IMG/VR virus record: IMGVR_UViG_3300046788_000307
Span: 1-55,316 of that record
DNA: 55,316 nucleotides
Direction: 5' to 3' (one strand)
From: a virus
Lineage: Duplodnaviria > Caudoviricetes
Shown: positions 8,737 to 17,272 of the stretch, one piece after another
Numbering within the stretch: position 1 is the stretch's first letter
How the letters are laid out: each line of letters opens with the position of its first letter
Position numbers and translations under genes: made by a program
Notes under the pieces: model-generated
What the model saw: the letters and a program-made list of their open reading frames with translations, nothing else
Database searches by the model: none
Told to the model about the DNA's origin: nothing

Positions 8737-8765
8737 CGGTCGCCAGCTGGCTAAGTGGCGGTTAG
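8733..8765 (+). other. Collapsed unit MTVASWLSGG (leader plus tail, no repeats)
   Basis: ATGACGGTCGCCAGCTGGCTAAGTGGCGGTTAG; tail equals the WLSGG tail of 44177..44434. Confidence 0.6.
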
Positions 8766-8832
8766 ATCTTTAAATTGCTAGGTAAACTTAGGCATTATTG
8801 CGGGTTAGAAGTAACACACGCATCCTTATAGG

Positions 8833-9216
8833 ATGGCAGCACTTTTCACAGTGTCTGTATTTCTCGCGGCAATGCTGATCGACTACGCCGAAGCGCGGTA
8901 TGTGCTCGCGGTAAATCGAGGCGCGGCCAATAGTGCTGCCCGATGGTCGCTACTGATGTATGCTGTCGGGTGCTTTGGGTTCGTTGCAATCCTCGACGTA
9001 TCCCTTTGGTTGCTGATACCCGAGGGTCTAGGGGTCTACTGCGGCACACTGCTTGCGTTGCGTAGAAATGTGCTACATGATCCAGCTATATGTCTCGTGG
9101 CGGATGGATCAAAGGCCAAAGCGGTAACCCAGGTGGTCGCATTGCCGGTAATGACAAGTGGTGGCGCGAGCAGCTCCGCATTTGTAACGGACGCGAGTAC
9201 ATTTTCAAATTCCTGA
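8833..9216 (+). CDS. Small multi-pass membrane protein
   Basis: Three hydrophobic segments in the first ~78 aa; tail overlaps terS. Confidence 0.6.
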   Translation: MAALFTVSVFLAAMLIDYAEARYVLAVNRGAANSAARWSLLMYAVGCFGFVAILDVSLWLLIPEGLGVYCGTLLALRRNVLHDPAICLVADGSKAKAVTQVVALPVMTSGGASSSAFVTDASTFSNS

Positions 9217-9449
9217 TGGATACCGTCAGGGACGAAGACGAGAATAAGAAGTGGCGTTTTATGGCTGCGCAAGAGCTCTTGAATCGCTCCGAGGGTCGGC
9301 CGAAGGAAGTTGCCGCGGTTGTCAATGAGGAAGCTGAGATCACCCAAGAGCAGTTGAACACCGAGCTCCGCGGCATTGCTGCGGACCAGTTGCGGGGGAT
9401 GGCGCCGGACGAACGGCAACGGTTTCTCGCGGCGCTTGAGGGATCGTAA
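9090..9449 (+). CDS. Terminase small subunit-like (KGQSGNPGGR, DUF5681-type)
   Basis: N-terminal WIKGQSGNPGGR, AAQELLNRSEGRP; upstream of terL. Confidence 0.75.
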   Translation: MSRGGWIKGQSGNPGGRIAGNDKWWREQLRICNGREYIFKFLMDTVRDEDENKKWRFMAAQELLNRSEGRPKEVAAVVNEEAEITQEQLNTELRGIAADQLRGMAPDERQRFLAALEGS

Positions 9450-9827
9450 TTGATCATTCGTGAAGCTGCACCCGGCGACCAAGCATACGTGGCTGCGACG
9501 CTCACAAAGCAACTCGAGCAGCATGAGCAGCCGAATGCGCTTGCTGATCGCATTTTTGACAGCGCAAATATACGCATTTGGATCGCGGAATCCGACACGC
9601 GTATCCTCGGCTGGCTAGTGTGCGCAAAGATCACAGGCGTGCGCGCGCTGCTGTATGTGTACGTGCGACGTGCCGAGCGTGGTCATGGTGTCGCACGCAT
9701 GCTAGCCAATACCGCATGGCCGGCCCGACGCGGGCAGTGGGTACATGGTGGACTTCGCGGGCAAGCATTGAAATCGCTACTCGAGCGTTATCGACCCATT
9801 GAGATGTCACTAAAGGAGTTACTATGA
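9450..9827 (+). CDS. GNAT-fold acetyltransferase-like protein
   Basis: IREA..D start; ILGW; YVYVRRAERGHGVARML acetyl-CoA motif. Confidence 0.7.
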   Translation: MIIREAAPGDQAYVAATLTKQLEQHEQPNALADRIFDSANIRIWIAESDTRILGWLVCAKITGVRALLYVYVRRAERGHGVARMLANTAWPARRGQWVHGGLRGQALKSLLERYRPIEMSLKELL

Positions 9828-10030
9828 TTGCTGTTAACGCGAGCTTCACTAGTTTTTTTGGTGTGCCTACCCGCACTGGCTATGCGAGCTACGACAGCGT
9901 CAGCTACGCCAGTGACGCTAGCCACGACAGCGGAGCAGGCCATGCCAGCAATGGCGGTGCTCGTACCTACGCTGCTCTTAGTGAGGCTAGCTTTATTACC
10001 GATGTTAGTCAGGCTAGTCGGAATCTCTAA
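9824..10030 (+). CDS. Degenerate ASx-repeat peptide
   Basis: MIAVNAS...[18 protein letters not shown]...QASRNL; ATGA-coupled to the GNAT gene. Confidence 0.55.
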   Translation: MIAVNASFTSFFGVPTRTGYASYDSVSYASDASHDSGAGHASNGGARTYAALSEASFITDVSQASRNL

Positions 10031-10050
10031 CCAGGAAATCAGGTGATTGC

Positions 10051-10563
10051 ATGACATTTATTCAACCGTTGCACTCGAACCTTATCGTGGAGCCTTTCGA
10101 GCTCGGCGAAATTAGCCGTGGCGGGCTGCTTATTCCGCAGGTAGCGAAGGCATCCACACCCTATCGCTATGCGAAGGTGCTTGCCATCGGACCTGGACGA
10201 CATGCCGCCGACGGCAGGTTGATTGCGGTTACCCCGCAACCTGGCGATGTAGTTGCGTATGCGCGTAACCAGGGCGTTGAGATGCCGCTCGAGAGCGACG
10301 GTATCGAGAAAACGGTGCTCTTGATCAACGAACAATATCTGCTCGGTATCGTGCGGGATATGCCCGAGCAGACTACGATCACTGGTCTCGATGGGCAGCT
10401 TATGAAGATGCGTCCAGGATCACATGCGCGCAGTGATGGCACGTATGCGCAGCTCGACGCGATCGCACGTGCCGGTGTGGATGGCATCCTCGATACAGCC
10501 GGTGACTTTCTTCAAAAGACAGCCGCGGCAGATGAAGCGGATCACCGAGCGGAGGGCGAGTAG
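10051..10563 (+). CDS. groES: GroES (Cpn10) co-chaperonin with C-terminal extension
   Basis: IQPLHSNLIV, SRGGLLIP, KVLAIGPG, PGDVV, LLINEQYLLGIV. Confidence 0.85.
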   Translation: MTFIQPLHSNLIVEPFELGEISRGGLLIPQVAKASTPYRYAKVLAIGPGRHAADGRLIAVTPQPGDVVAYARNQGVEMPLESDGIEKTVLLINEQYLLGIVRDMPEQTTITGLDGQLMKMRPGSHARSDGTYAQLDAIARAGVDGILDTAGDFLQKTAAADEADHRAEGE

Positions 10564-10565
10564 CC

Positions 10566-10796
10566 ATGAAGCTTCGATCGATCCATTTTATCCCTAATGT
10601 ATTTGTGACGATTGGCGGGAAGCACGTCAACACTTCGTTTTGGGATCGCGAAAAGCACGCCGATATTGGCTGCGAGGAAAAGAATAACGGCGACGTGTGG
10701 CTGCGCTGGCACGACGGCCCGCATCGTAAGGTGATTCGCGTCGTGCACAAACTAGCGATCGCGTGGCGGGCATACGATGTGGACGATGCAAAGTGA
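10566..10796 (+). CDS. Hypothetical protein
   Basis: 76-aa ORF in operon. Confidence 0.6.
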   Translation: MKLRSIHFIPNVFVTIGGKHVNTSFWDREKHADIGCEEKNNGDVWLRWHDGPHRKVIRVVHKLAIAWRAYDVDDAK

Positions 10797-11029
10797 GTGA
10801 ATCGGACGGATGCCTTGGTATGATTGGGTTTATCGTATGCGGCGAAGGTGGCAATTACTGCTCGGCGGTGTGTCAACTCCGCGCTCGTCTCGCGCTGCTC
10901 GAACCTGTGTGGGAGGCAGCGAAGGCGATGCGTCGCGGCCATGAAGGTTGCGTTACCGAACCGCCATGCGGCTCGTGCTTTCGCTGTGATTTCGATAGAG
11001 CAGTCGACGCTATGGAAGTGAAGGAATGA
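10793..11029 (+). CDS. Hypothetical Cys-rich protein
   Basis: GTGA-coupled; several Cys motifs. Confidence 0.5.
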   Translation: MSESDGCLGMIGFIVCGEGGNYCSAVCQLRARLALLEPVWEAAKAMRRGHEGCVTEPPCGSCFRCDFDRAVDAMEVKE

Positions 11030-11178
11030 GCGAAACCGATGTGATCTTCGCTGAGTTCTGTCGCGCGGCTAGAGCACTTAAGGCTGCGGAGGCTGCGTTT
11101 AAAGCGGCGCAGGCAGCGTATGCGGAAGCGGTGCGCAAGCTAAGCGACGCTGCGATTGCGGATGGCGATCGACCCTGA
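11026..11178 (+). CDS. Small coiled-coil protein
   Basis: MSETDVIFAEFCRAARALKAAEAAFK...; AAGGA just upstream of the ATG; ATGA coupling. Confidence 0.55.
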   Translation: MSETDVIFAEFCRAARALKAAEAAFKAAQAAYAEAVRKLSDAAIADGDRP

Positions 11179-13738
11179 AATACTTCGGCGGCACGCATTA
11201 AAGCGGATGGCCGCTCGCGGACCTACGCTTGCTGAAGCATTGACCGAAGAATGGTTCCCTGAGCAGGGAGCTTTTTACAATTCGCCTGCCCGTTTGTTGG
11301 CTGCATTGTGCGGTAGGCGATCGGGTAAGACGCGTGGGCTTGCGGCTCATTTCGTTCGTCAGGCGATTACCAAACCGGGATCGCGGCTGCTCTATATCAA
11401 TACAACTCGTGATGAGGGGCGTAAGCTATTCTGGCAGGGTATCAAGCGCGATGGTGTCTATTCGCTAGTCGAGCGCTATGGGATCGAAGCTATCCCCGAC
11501 AGTACGCGTCTCACGTTGCATTTTCCCAAGACTGACTCGTGGATCTTTATTCGCGGTGCGAAGGATGAGGCGGAGCTCTCTAAAGCACTAGGCGACGCAT
11601 ATACCGAGGTGGCGTGGGATGAGGCGCAAAAAATCCGTCCGTCCATGGCGCAGACGATCCGCGAAGTGCTCATGCCCACGCTGCTCGATAACGGCGGGCG
11701 ACTGCGATATACGGGGACTGCGAATCGCCAGCAGAGCGGCATTTTTTGGGGGCTGACACAGCCTGATCTGAAGAAGCGCCCGTCGCGGTTCGAGATTCAC
11801 GAATGGAACATGCTTTCTAATCCGCACTTCGGGCGGGCAGTACAGCATGATGACGGGTGGTATGTGCACGCGCTCGGTGACATTCACATATTAGGACCGT
11901 TTTCCGAGGGACAATTAGACGCCGAGATATCTGGCGCACGCATGCGTTTTGGCATTGCACAGCTTGCGACGGATCTCGAAGTCCCAATCGATTCGCCGAT
12001 TATCCAGCGCGAAGGGTTCGGTATCTGGACGCCTGAGGATAGTGCGTTCGTCTATCATATCCGTAAGGCAGCAAATCCCTATTACGCGCCAGCACGAATG
12101 CGGGATGATGGGTTTCCCGATATCCCGGCATGTCTGGCGGACCTGCCCGGGAATTGGGCGGGGTACACGTTTTCGATGGGCGGGGATCTAGGATTTCGTG
12201 ATGCATTTGCGCTGCACTGCTGGGCGTGGCATCCGCAAGATCCAGATCTTTATGAGGTTTTCTCGTGGAAACGCGAGGGGCTTGATAGTGACCAGCAGTT
12301 TGCGGCGGTGAAAGAAGTCCGCGAGCTCTTACCGCTCGGGCAGGTTGTAGTGGATGCGGGTGGCGTTGGGTTGCAAGTATCGGTAGCTTGGAGCAAAGTT
12401 TTCGTAGAGCGCTATAATCTACCTATCGTGCCTGCTGAGAAACACCAGAAGGATAGCTTTCAAGCTGTCTACAACACGGATATTGCGCGTGGGCGTTGCC
12501 GCTTTCGTGAGGGTGGTGCAACCGCTGAGGAGATGATGCAGTTGCAATGGAGCAAGATTGTGACTGGATCCGGCAAGCAAGTAGAGGATCCTACACAGGA
12601 TAACCATTGCTGTTTTGTGGCGGGGACGATGATTGAAACCGAAAACGGATCGTGCTCGATTGAATCTGTGCAGGTGGGGGATAGAGTCTGGACGCGTACA
12701 GGATTGCATCCCGTTACTGCAGCATGGTGCACGGGCACACGCCCAACATGGCGCCTGATTTATGAGTACGGATCACTAGTTGGCACCGCTGATCATCCGG
12801 TTTGGACAGACAACGGATGGGTACCATTGTCCGATGTGCATATAGGTGCTATATTGTCTTCGTGGCACATTACTACGGACGTTGCATCACCCTCGCACAC
12901 GCCGGTATCACATATCGCCGCTACCCAGACTCTACCGAACGCAGCGCCCGTGTGTATTGGACAGCACAGCGCGGATGGCGTTTGCATCAACAGATCTGGA
13001 CCGAACATTACGGACCTATTCCCGATGGATACCATATCCACCACATCGACGAAGATCCGCTCAATAACGACATTGCAAACCTTGAATGTAAGCCCGGCGG
13101 GGACCATCTCAGCGAGCACATGCGCGATCCCGAGCGAGTTGCACAATCTCGAGAGAACATCAAACATGCTATCGCCAAAGCTCCTGCCTGGCATGCATCC
13201 CCTGAGGGGATCGAGTGGCATCGAAAGCATGGACGTGAAAATTCTGGCTGGATCACACGTGAACTCCAGGACCACGTCTGTGTTGTCTGTGGATGCATCT
13301 TCCAAAGCAAAGGCGATGCTACCGTGTGCTCAAATAAATGCTTTGCTAAACAGCGGCGAGCTAGCGGGATCGATAACATCGAGTTCACTTGCGAAGAATG
13401 CTCTACCAAATTCATTCGAAACAAATACGGAAAACCAACCCGCAGGAAATTTTGTTCCAAGTCGTGTTCTTCGCGTCGAGCCAACCGGGAACGTAGCGCT
13501 CGTCTACAATCTGACAGTTGATAATGCGCACGAGTACATCGCTAATGGTGTGCTCGTTAGTAATTGCGATGCGTCAATTTATAGCCATAGATCATCATAT
13601 CAATATCGATATCACCCGGCGGATGATGCTCCTATCGCGGGCAGCCGGGCGATGTACGCGCGCGAGGCCGCGGAGCTTGAGGATGAAGCCGATGAAATGG
13701 CGGGTGATCGGCGCCCATGGGCACGGAGAAATTATTAA
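11162..13738 (+). CDS. terL: Terminase large subunit containing an intein
   Basis: CGRRSGKT Walker A, WDEAQ Walker B, GGDLG nuclease motif; DNHC/CDA motif split by the intein. Confidence 0.92.
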   Translation: MAIDPEILRRHALKRMAARGPTLAEALTEEWFPEQGAFYNSPARLLAALCGRRSGKTRGLAAHFVRQAITKPGSRLLYINTTRDEGRKLFWQGIKRDGVYSLVERYGIEAIPDSTRLTLHFPKTDSWIFIRGAKDEAELSKALGDAYTEVAWDEAQKIRPSMAQTIREVLMPTLLDNGGRLRYTGTANRQQSGIFWGLTQPDLKKRPSRFEIHEWNMLSNPHFGRAVQHDDGWYVHALGDIHILGPFSEGQLDAEISGARMRFGIAQLATDLEVPIDSPIIQREGFGIWTPEDSAFVYHIRKAANPYYAPARMRDDGFPDIPACLADLPGNWAGYTFSMGGDLGFRDAFALHCWAWHPQDPDLYEVFSWKREGLDSDQQFAAVKEVRELLPLGQVVVDAGGVGLQVSVAWSKVFVERYNLPIVPAEKHQKDSFQAVYNTDIARGRCRFREGGATAEEMMQLQWSKIVTGSGKQVEDPTQDNHCCFVAGTMIETENGSCSIESVQVGDRVWTRTGLHPVTAAWCTGTRPTWRLIYEYGSLVGTADHPVWTDNGWVPLSDVHIGAILSSWHITTDVASPSHTPVSHIAATQTLPNAAPVCIGQHSADGVCINRSGPNITDLFPMDTISTTSTKIRSITTLQTLNVSPAGTISASTCAIPSELHNLERTSNMLSPKLLPGMHPLRGSSGIESMDVKILAGSHVNSRTTSVLSVDASSKAKAMLPCAQINALLNSGELAGSITSSSLAKNALPNSFETNTENQPAGNFVPSRVLRVEPTGNVALVYNLTVDNAHEYIANGVLVSNCDASIYSHRSSYQYRYHPADDAPIAGSRAMYAREAAELEDEADEMAGDRRPWARRNY
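12611..13564 (+). mobile_element. Intein (318 aa) in terL
   Basis: N-terminal CFVAGT, block B GTADHPV, block F/G VYNLTVDNAHEYIANGVLVSN followed by Cys+1. Confidence 0.93.
12817..13521 (+). CDS. HNH homing endonuclease with zinc ribbons, alternative frame inside the intein
   Basis: LHQQIW..HYGPIPDGYHIHHIDEDPLNNDIANLEC; CxxC...CSxxC repeats; exact start uncertain. Confidence 0.88.
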   Translation: MGTIVRCAYRCYIVFVAHYYGRCITLAHAGITYRRYPDSTERSARVYWTAQRGWRLHQQIWTEHYGPIPDGYHIHHIDEDPLNNDIANLECKPGGDHLSEHMRDPERVAQSRENIKHAIAKAPAWHASPEGIEWHRKHGRENSGWITRELQDHVCVVCGCIFQSKGDATVCSNKCFAKQRRASGIDNIEFTCEECSTKFIRNKYGKPTRRKFCSKSCSSRRANRERSARLQSDS

Positions 13739-13977
13739 TGACCGTTGAGCAGATTCAAGAGATTATCCTTTGGCTTCGCAAGGAGCGTATCGCTTACTCG
13801 TCGCTGAGTATCGGCGATTTGATGCTTGACGGTGTTACTGATCTTAAACTCGCGGATTCCCGCCCTGCGCCAAAAACGGAAGCACCGCGCTCGGCATGGG
13901 AGCGGTATGGTGGGGATTTGCTTAATAAGCGTCAGGTTGATGGATCTGAAGTGCCAGATGAGGCAACGGAGGATTGA
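13738..13977 (+). CDS. Hypothetical protein
   Basis: TAATG-coupled to terL. Confidence 0.6.
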   Translation: MTVEQIQEIILWLRKERIAYSSLSIGDLMLDGVTDLKLADSRPAPKTEAPRSAWERYGGDLLNKRQVDGSEVPDEATED

Positions 13978-13980
13978 GCG

Positions 13981-15966
13981 ATGATTAGAAAATCTAATTT
14001 GCCCGTTGTCAATCTCAAGCGCGAGAAAAGACGCGACGAGGTTAAGTATCTCAAGTGGTGGAATTGCGAACTCGGTGATGATGCTCAAACCACCTTGTGG
14101 CGGTGGGTAGATCGGCAGCGCTCGACATGGAGCCTTGATGCGATTAACGATCTGATCGCCGAGGCAGTCTATTCTGACACGCCCATTGCCGCCGCTGGCC
14201 GACTCGGCGAGGGCGGGCGTTACATTGGATTCAATGCAGGTATGAATCCTATCAATAAAATCAAATCATTGATCGATACTGGCGCGGCGCATCTCGTGAA
14301 AGTGCGCTCGATGCCGGTTATCAGCGCCGACGATGCGGATTACGATGAGGCCCGTTATGCTCGCGAGCAATCTCGAGTCCTGCGCCGCAAGATGGGCAAC
14401 GGGGAAATGGAAAAAGCGGCGCCCTTGATCATTCGTGATTTCCTGATCCGCGGTACAGCCTGCGGCAAGGTTGTGCGTGCGGGTGGCGATACTGCGTTCA
14501 AGCGCACGCCGATCTACGAGATTGTCTACGATCACCGCGAAGCGCTCTACGGGCACATGCGCGTCATGGCGCACGTACGACCCGAAGATCGCGAGCATCT
14601 TTGTGCGCAATTCCCTAAATACGAAGCTGATATTTACAAGGCGCCAGCATTTACCCGTATTGATCCTTGGATGACTTATACGTATGTAGGCCCGCACACC
14701 GCTGATATGGTGGAAGTTGCGGAATCGTGGCATCCACCGACCGCCCCGGAAGCCGACGACGGGCAGCATATCATCTGTGTACGCGGCAAGGTGATTTTGC
14801 GTGAGCCATGGGCGTGTCCTCGCTATCCGATCAAGTTTGCGTATTGGACGCCACCAACTCGAGGCGTAGGACGAGGCGCGGGGCTTGTGGTGGAGCAAGC
14901 CGCAGCGCAGGCGATGGTGAACGATATCCTGCAGGATGCCCGCGAAGGCATTCACCACGGCAGCCAGCTGAAAGTATTCCAGCCGCGTGGTGGGGGATCG
15001 AACAAACATCATTTGAAAGCTCGGCATCCTGCGGTGATCGAGTACGAGGGCGCCATCCCGACGTATGTAGCGCCTGACCCTGTGTCAAAGCAGGCATGGA
15101 CGATTGCATTCCAACTGTTGGATCAGATGGATCGCACGAGCGGCATTCCGCAATGGGCTAGCGGGGGGACTAGCCCGCTCGGTGCTAACCCCGCTGCTAA
15201 AGCGCTCGAGACGATGGAAGATATTAAATCCGAGCGATTCGCTGCTGTTGAAAGTGGCTGGCAGCAATTCCGCGTTGATATCGGGCAGGCACATATCGAT
15301 CTGGCGACGATGATCCATTGCGAGGTTAACGGCGATACTAAAAAGATGTTCGAGGAACAGCCCGATCCGATCGATAAGGATGATGTGGCCGCGTGGATCC
15401 TGGAGAATAAGTGGCCGGACGTGGACGTGGACGGCGGCGACTATCACCTGACACTCGAACCGGAGAATTTCATTGTTGGCACGCGGGGCGGCAAGCTCGA
15501 TCAGATCAACGAAGCTGCCAAAGCAGGATTGATCCCGGATCCATCCTTGACCGCGGCGCTATTCGACGAGCCGGATATGGCGCGTGCGAACCGCGGCATC
15601 ATCGGACCTGTGCGACGCATCGAGCAGTGCCTTTCAGATTTGGCTAACTTGGATGTGCCGTATATCGATTGCGCACCAGACCCTGAGATGAATCTGGCGC
15701 TTGCGGATATGCTAGCGAAAGGCGAGCTCGAGCAGGCCAAGGCCGACAAAGCCAAGCCTGAAATCGTGCAGCGTTTTAGAGATTTCCGTAGTGATGTGGA
15801 GCGTTTGCAGCAGTTGGCAACCGCAAAAGCGAATATGGCACCGTCGCTTGCAGGCGCGCAAGCAAATAATATTGTTGCACAACCGAACGCAACCACGTTA
15901 AATGGTAGCGGCGCACCCGCGCCTGCCATGCCGCCGTTGCCGCCGTTGCCGCCCGGAGTGTCATGA
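13981..15966 (+). CDS. Portal protein
   Basis: 661 aa following terL; helical character; position and size typical of podovirus portals. Confidence 0.75.
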   Translation: MIRKSNLPVVNLKREKRRDEVKYLKWWNCELGDDAQTTLWRWVDRQRSTWSLDAINDLIAEAVYSDTPIAAAGRLGEGGRYIGFNAGMNPINKIKSLIDTGAAHLVKVRSMPVISADDADYDEARYAREQSRVLRRKMGNGEMEKAAPLIIRDFLIRGTACGKVVRAGGDTAFKRTPIYEIVYDHREALYGHMRVMAHVRPEDREHLCAQFPKYEADIYKAPAFTRIDPWMTYTYVGPHTADMVEVAESWHPPTAPEADDGQHIICVRGKVILREPWACPRYPIKFAYWTPPTRGVGRGAGLVVEQAAAQAMVNDILQDAREGIHHGSQLKVFQPRGGGSNKHHLKARHPAVIEYEGAIPTYVAPDPVSKQAWTIAFQLLDQMDRTSGIPQWASGGTSPLGANPAAKALETMEDIKSERFAAVESGWQQFRVDIGQAHIDLATMIHCEVNGDTKKMFEEQPDPIDKDDVAAWILENKWPDVDVDGGDYHLTLEPENFIVGTRGGKLDQINEAAKAGLIPDPSLTAALFDEPDMARANRGIIGPVRRIEQCLSDLANLDVPYIDCAPDPEMNLALADMLAKGELEQAKADKAKPEIVQRFRDFRSDVERLQQLATAKANMAPSLAGAQANNIVAQPNATTLNGSGAPAPAMPPLPPLPPGVS

Positions 15967-16051
15967 CCGCTGTTTTTGCCAGCGACGATCTCTTTACGCA
16001 TCCTGCTAGCACCACCCATAATTTCAACCATGCTTATCCGGTTAACACCCC

Positions 16052-16795
16052 ATGAGTGACTCGCAGCACGAGATCGCGGCGCTGTTTGTCGAGACAGGCG
16101 GTCATTACTTTGGCATGCCGAACGTGGACCCGTGGGACGTCACGCGCGACGCGCGCAAGTATGACGGCGATCTGCCGGTCGTTGCGCACCCACCATGTTT
16201 CCTGTGGGTCAACCTCGCGGCGGTGAACTGGAAGCGATATCAGCGCGAGCGACCGGCCTGGTACCCCGACGGCACCGACGGCGGATGCTTCGCGGCTGCA
16301 CTTGCTGCGGTGCGACGGTGCGGTGGTGTGTTGGAGCACCCAGCGGGCTCGTGGGCATGGCAGACATTCGGGCTCAAACGGCCGGAAGGAATCGGATGGA
16401 CGCTTGCCAGCGACGATTACGATACCGGAGGCGCGATGGGAGAATGGACGTGCGAAGTCTGGCAATCAGCATATGGGCACAAGGCGAGAAAGCGGACGTG
16501 GCTCTACTTCGTCGGTCACTGCGAGCCGCAAGAAATGGATTGGTCGCGCCCGACCGGAACGCACCAGATCGGCAAATTCGATCGCATCAAGCCGACCATC
16601 TACGGCAAGGCCGCGAGCGCTACCCCACCTGCATTCGCGACGGCTCTGATCGCGCTCGCGGCAGGAGTTCTGCAACCGCTGATGCCCCTATTATGTATGC
16701 TAGTGATTGTGCTGCGAGTCGATTGCAGGGAGGCATATGATCGCAACGTTTATTATGCTGTCGCTATCGGCTCTCAATCGCGCTTTGCTTCCTAG
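16052..16795 (+). CDS. Putative DNA cytosine methyltransferase (HPPC family)
   Basis: IAALFV, VVAHPPC, GGVLEHPAGS, YGHKARKRTWLY, ATPPAFA. Confidence 0.7.
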   Translation: MSDSQHEIAALFVETGGHYFGMPNVDPWDVTRDARKYDGDLPVVAHPPCFLWVNLAAVNWKRYQRERPAWYPDGTDGGCFAAALAAVRRCGGVLEHPAGSWAWQTFGLKRPEGIGWTLASDDYDTGGAMGEWTCEVWQSAYGHKARKRTWLYFVGHCEPQEMDWSRPTGTHQIGKFDRIKPTIYGKAASATPPAFATALIALAAGVLQPLMPLLCMLVIVLRVDCREAYDRNVYYAVAIGSQSRFAS

Positions 16796-16922
16796 TGATG
16801 CCAGCGATATCACCATCGCAAGCGACGCAAGTTTGGCTAACGAGTTACGTAGTGCTAGTCATGCGAGTGATTCTGGTGAGATGCGTTATGCGAATAGTGC
16901 TAGTAGATTGTGGGGCAGATGA
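16737..16922 (+). CDS. Degenerate ASx-repeat peptide, ends SRLWGR
   Basis: GGAGG SD; MIAT...SDASDITIASDASLAN..SASHASD..YANSASRLWGR. Confidence 0.55.
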   Translation: MIATFIMLSLSALNRALLPSDASDITIASDASLANELRSASHASDSGEMRYANSASRLWGR

Positions 16923-17065
16923 TAGCCATCTTAGCGAGTCATCCTAGAGATCTCGTTCGCACGAGTTGGGCTAATGAGTTCCGACCTGCTTGCGCTGCGA
17001 GCGTAGTGATCCAGAGTACTACATTGACTATGCTAAATAGTATCTATAAGAAGTATTACAGATGA
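16919..17065 (+). CDS. Highly degenerate family member (MIAILASH...)
   Basis: Leader resembles MMVAILAS; ATGA-coupled on both sides. Confidence 0.4.
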   Translation: MIAILASHPRDLVRTSWANEFRPACAASVVIQSTTLTMLNSIYKKYYR

Positions 17066-17268
17066 TTGACGTCGCTAGATTTGTTAGCAACCAACGATGC
17101 CCGCGGTGCTGCGAGCGGCGCGTAGTCGGCGTGCGGCTTGAGTCTAACGAATGGTGCTGCGCGCCGAATGCTAGACCTTTTTTGTTTGCAAAAGATTTAA
17201 AAACGCACAACGCATTCGCCGATGGCGACGGAGACGAGTTGCTTTATCCACCAGGTTACCAGGAGTAG
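17062..17268 (+). CDS. Small Cys-rich hypothetical protein
   Basis: CPRCC and WCC; ends just before the scaffold start. Confidence 0.5.
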   Translation: MIDVARFVSNQRCPRCCERRVVGVRLESNEWCCAPNARPFLFAKDLKTHNAFADGDGDELLYPPGYQE

Positions 17269-17272
17269 ATAT

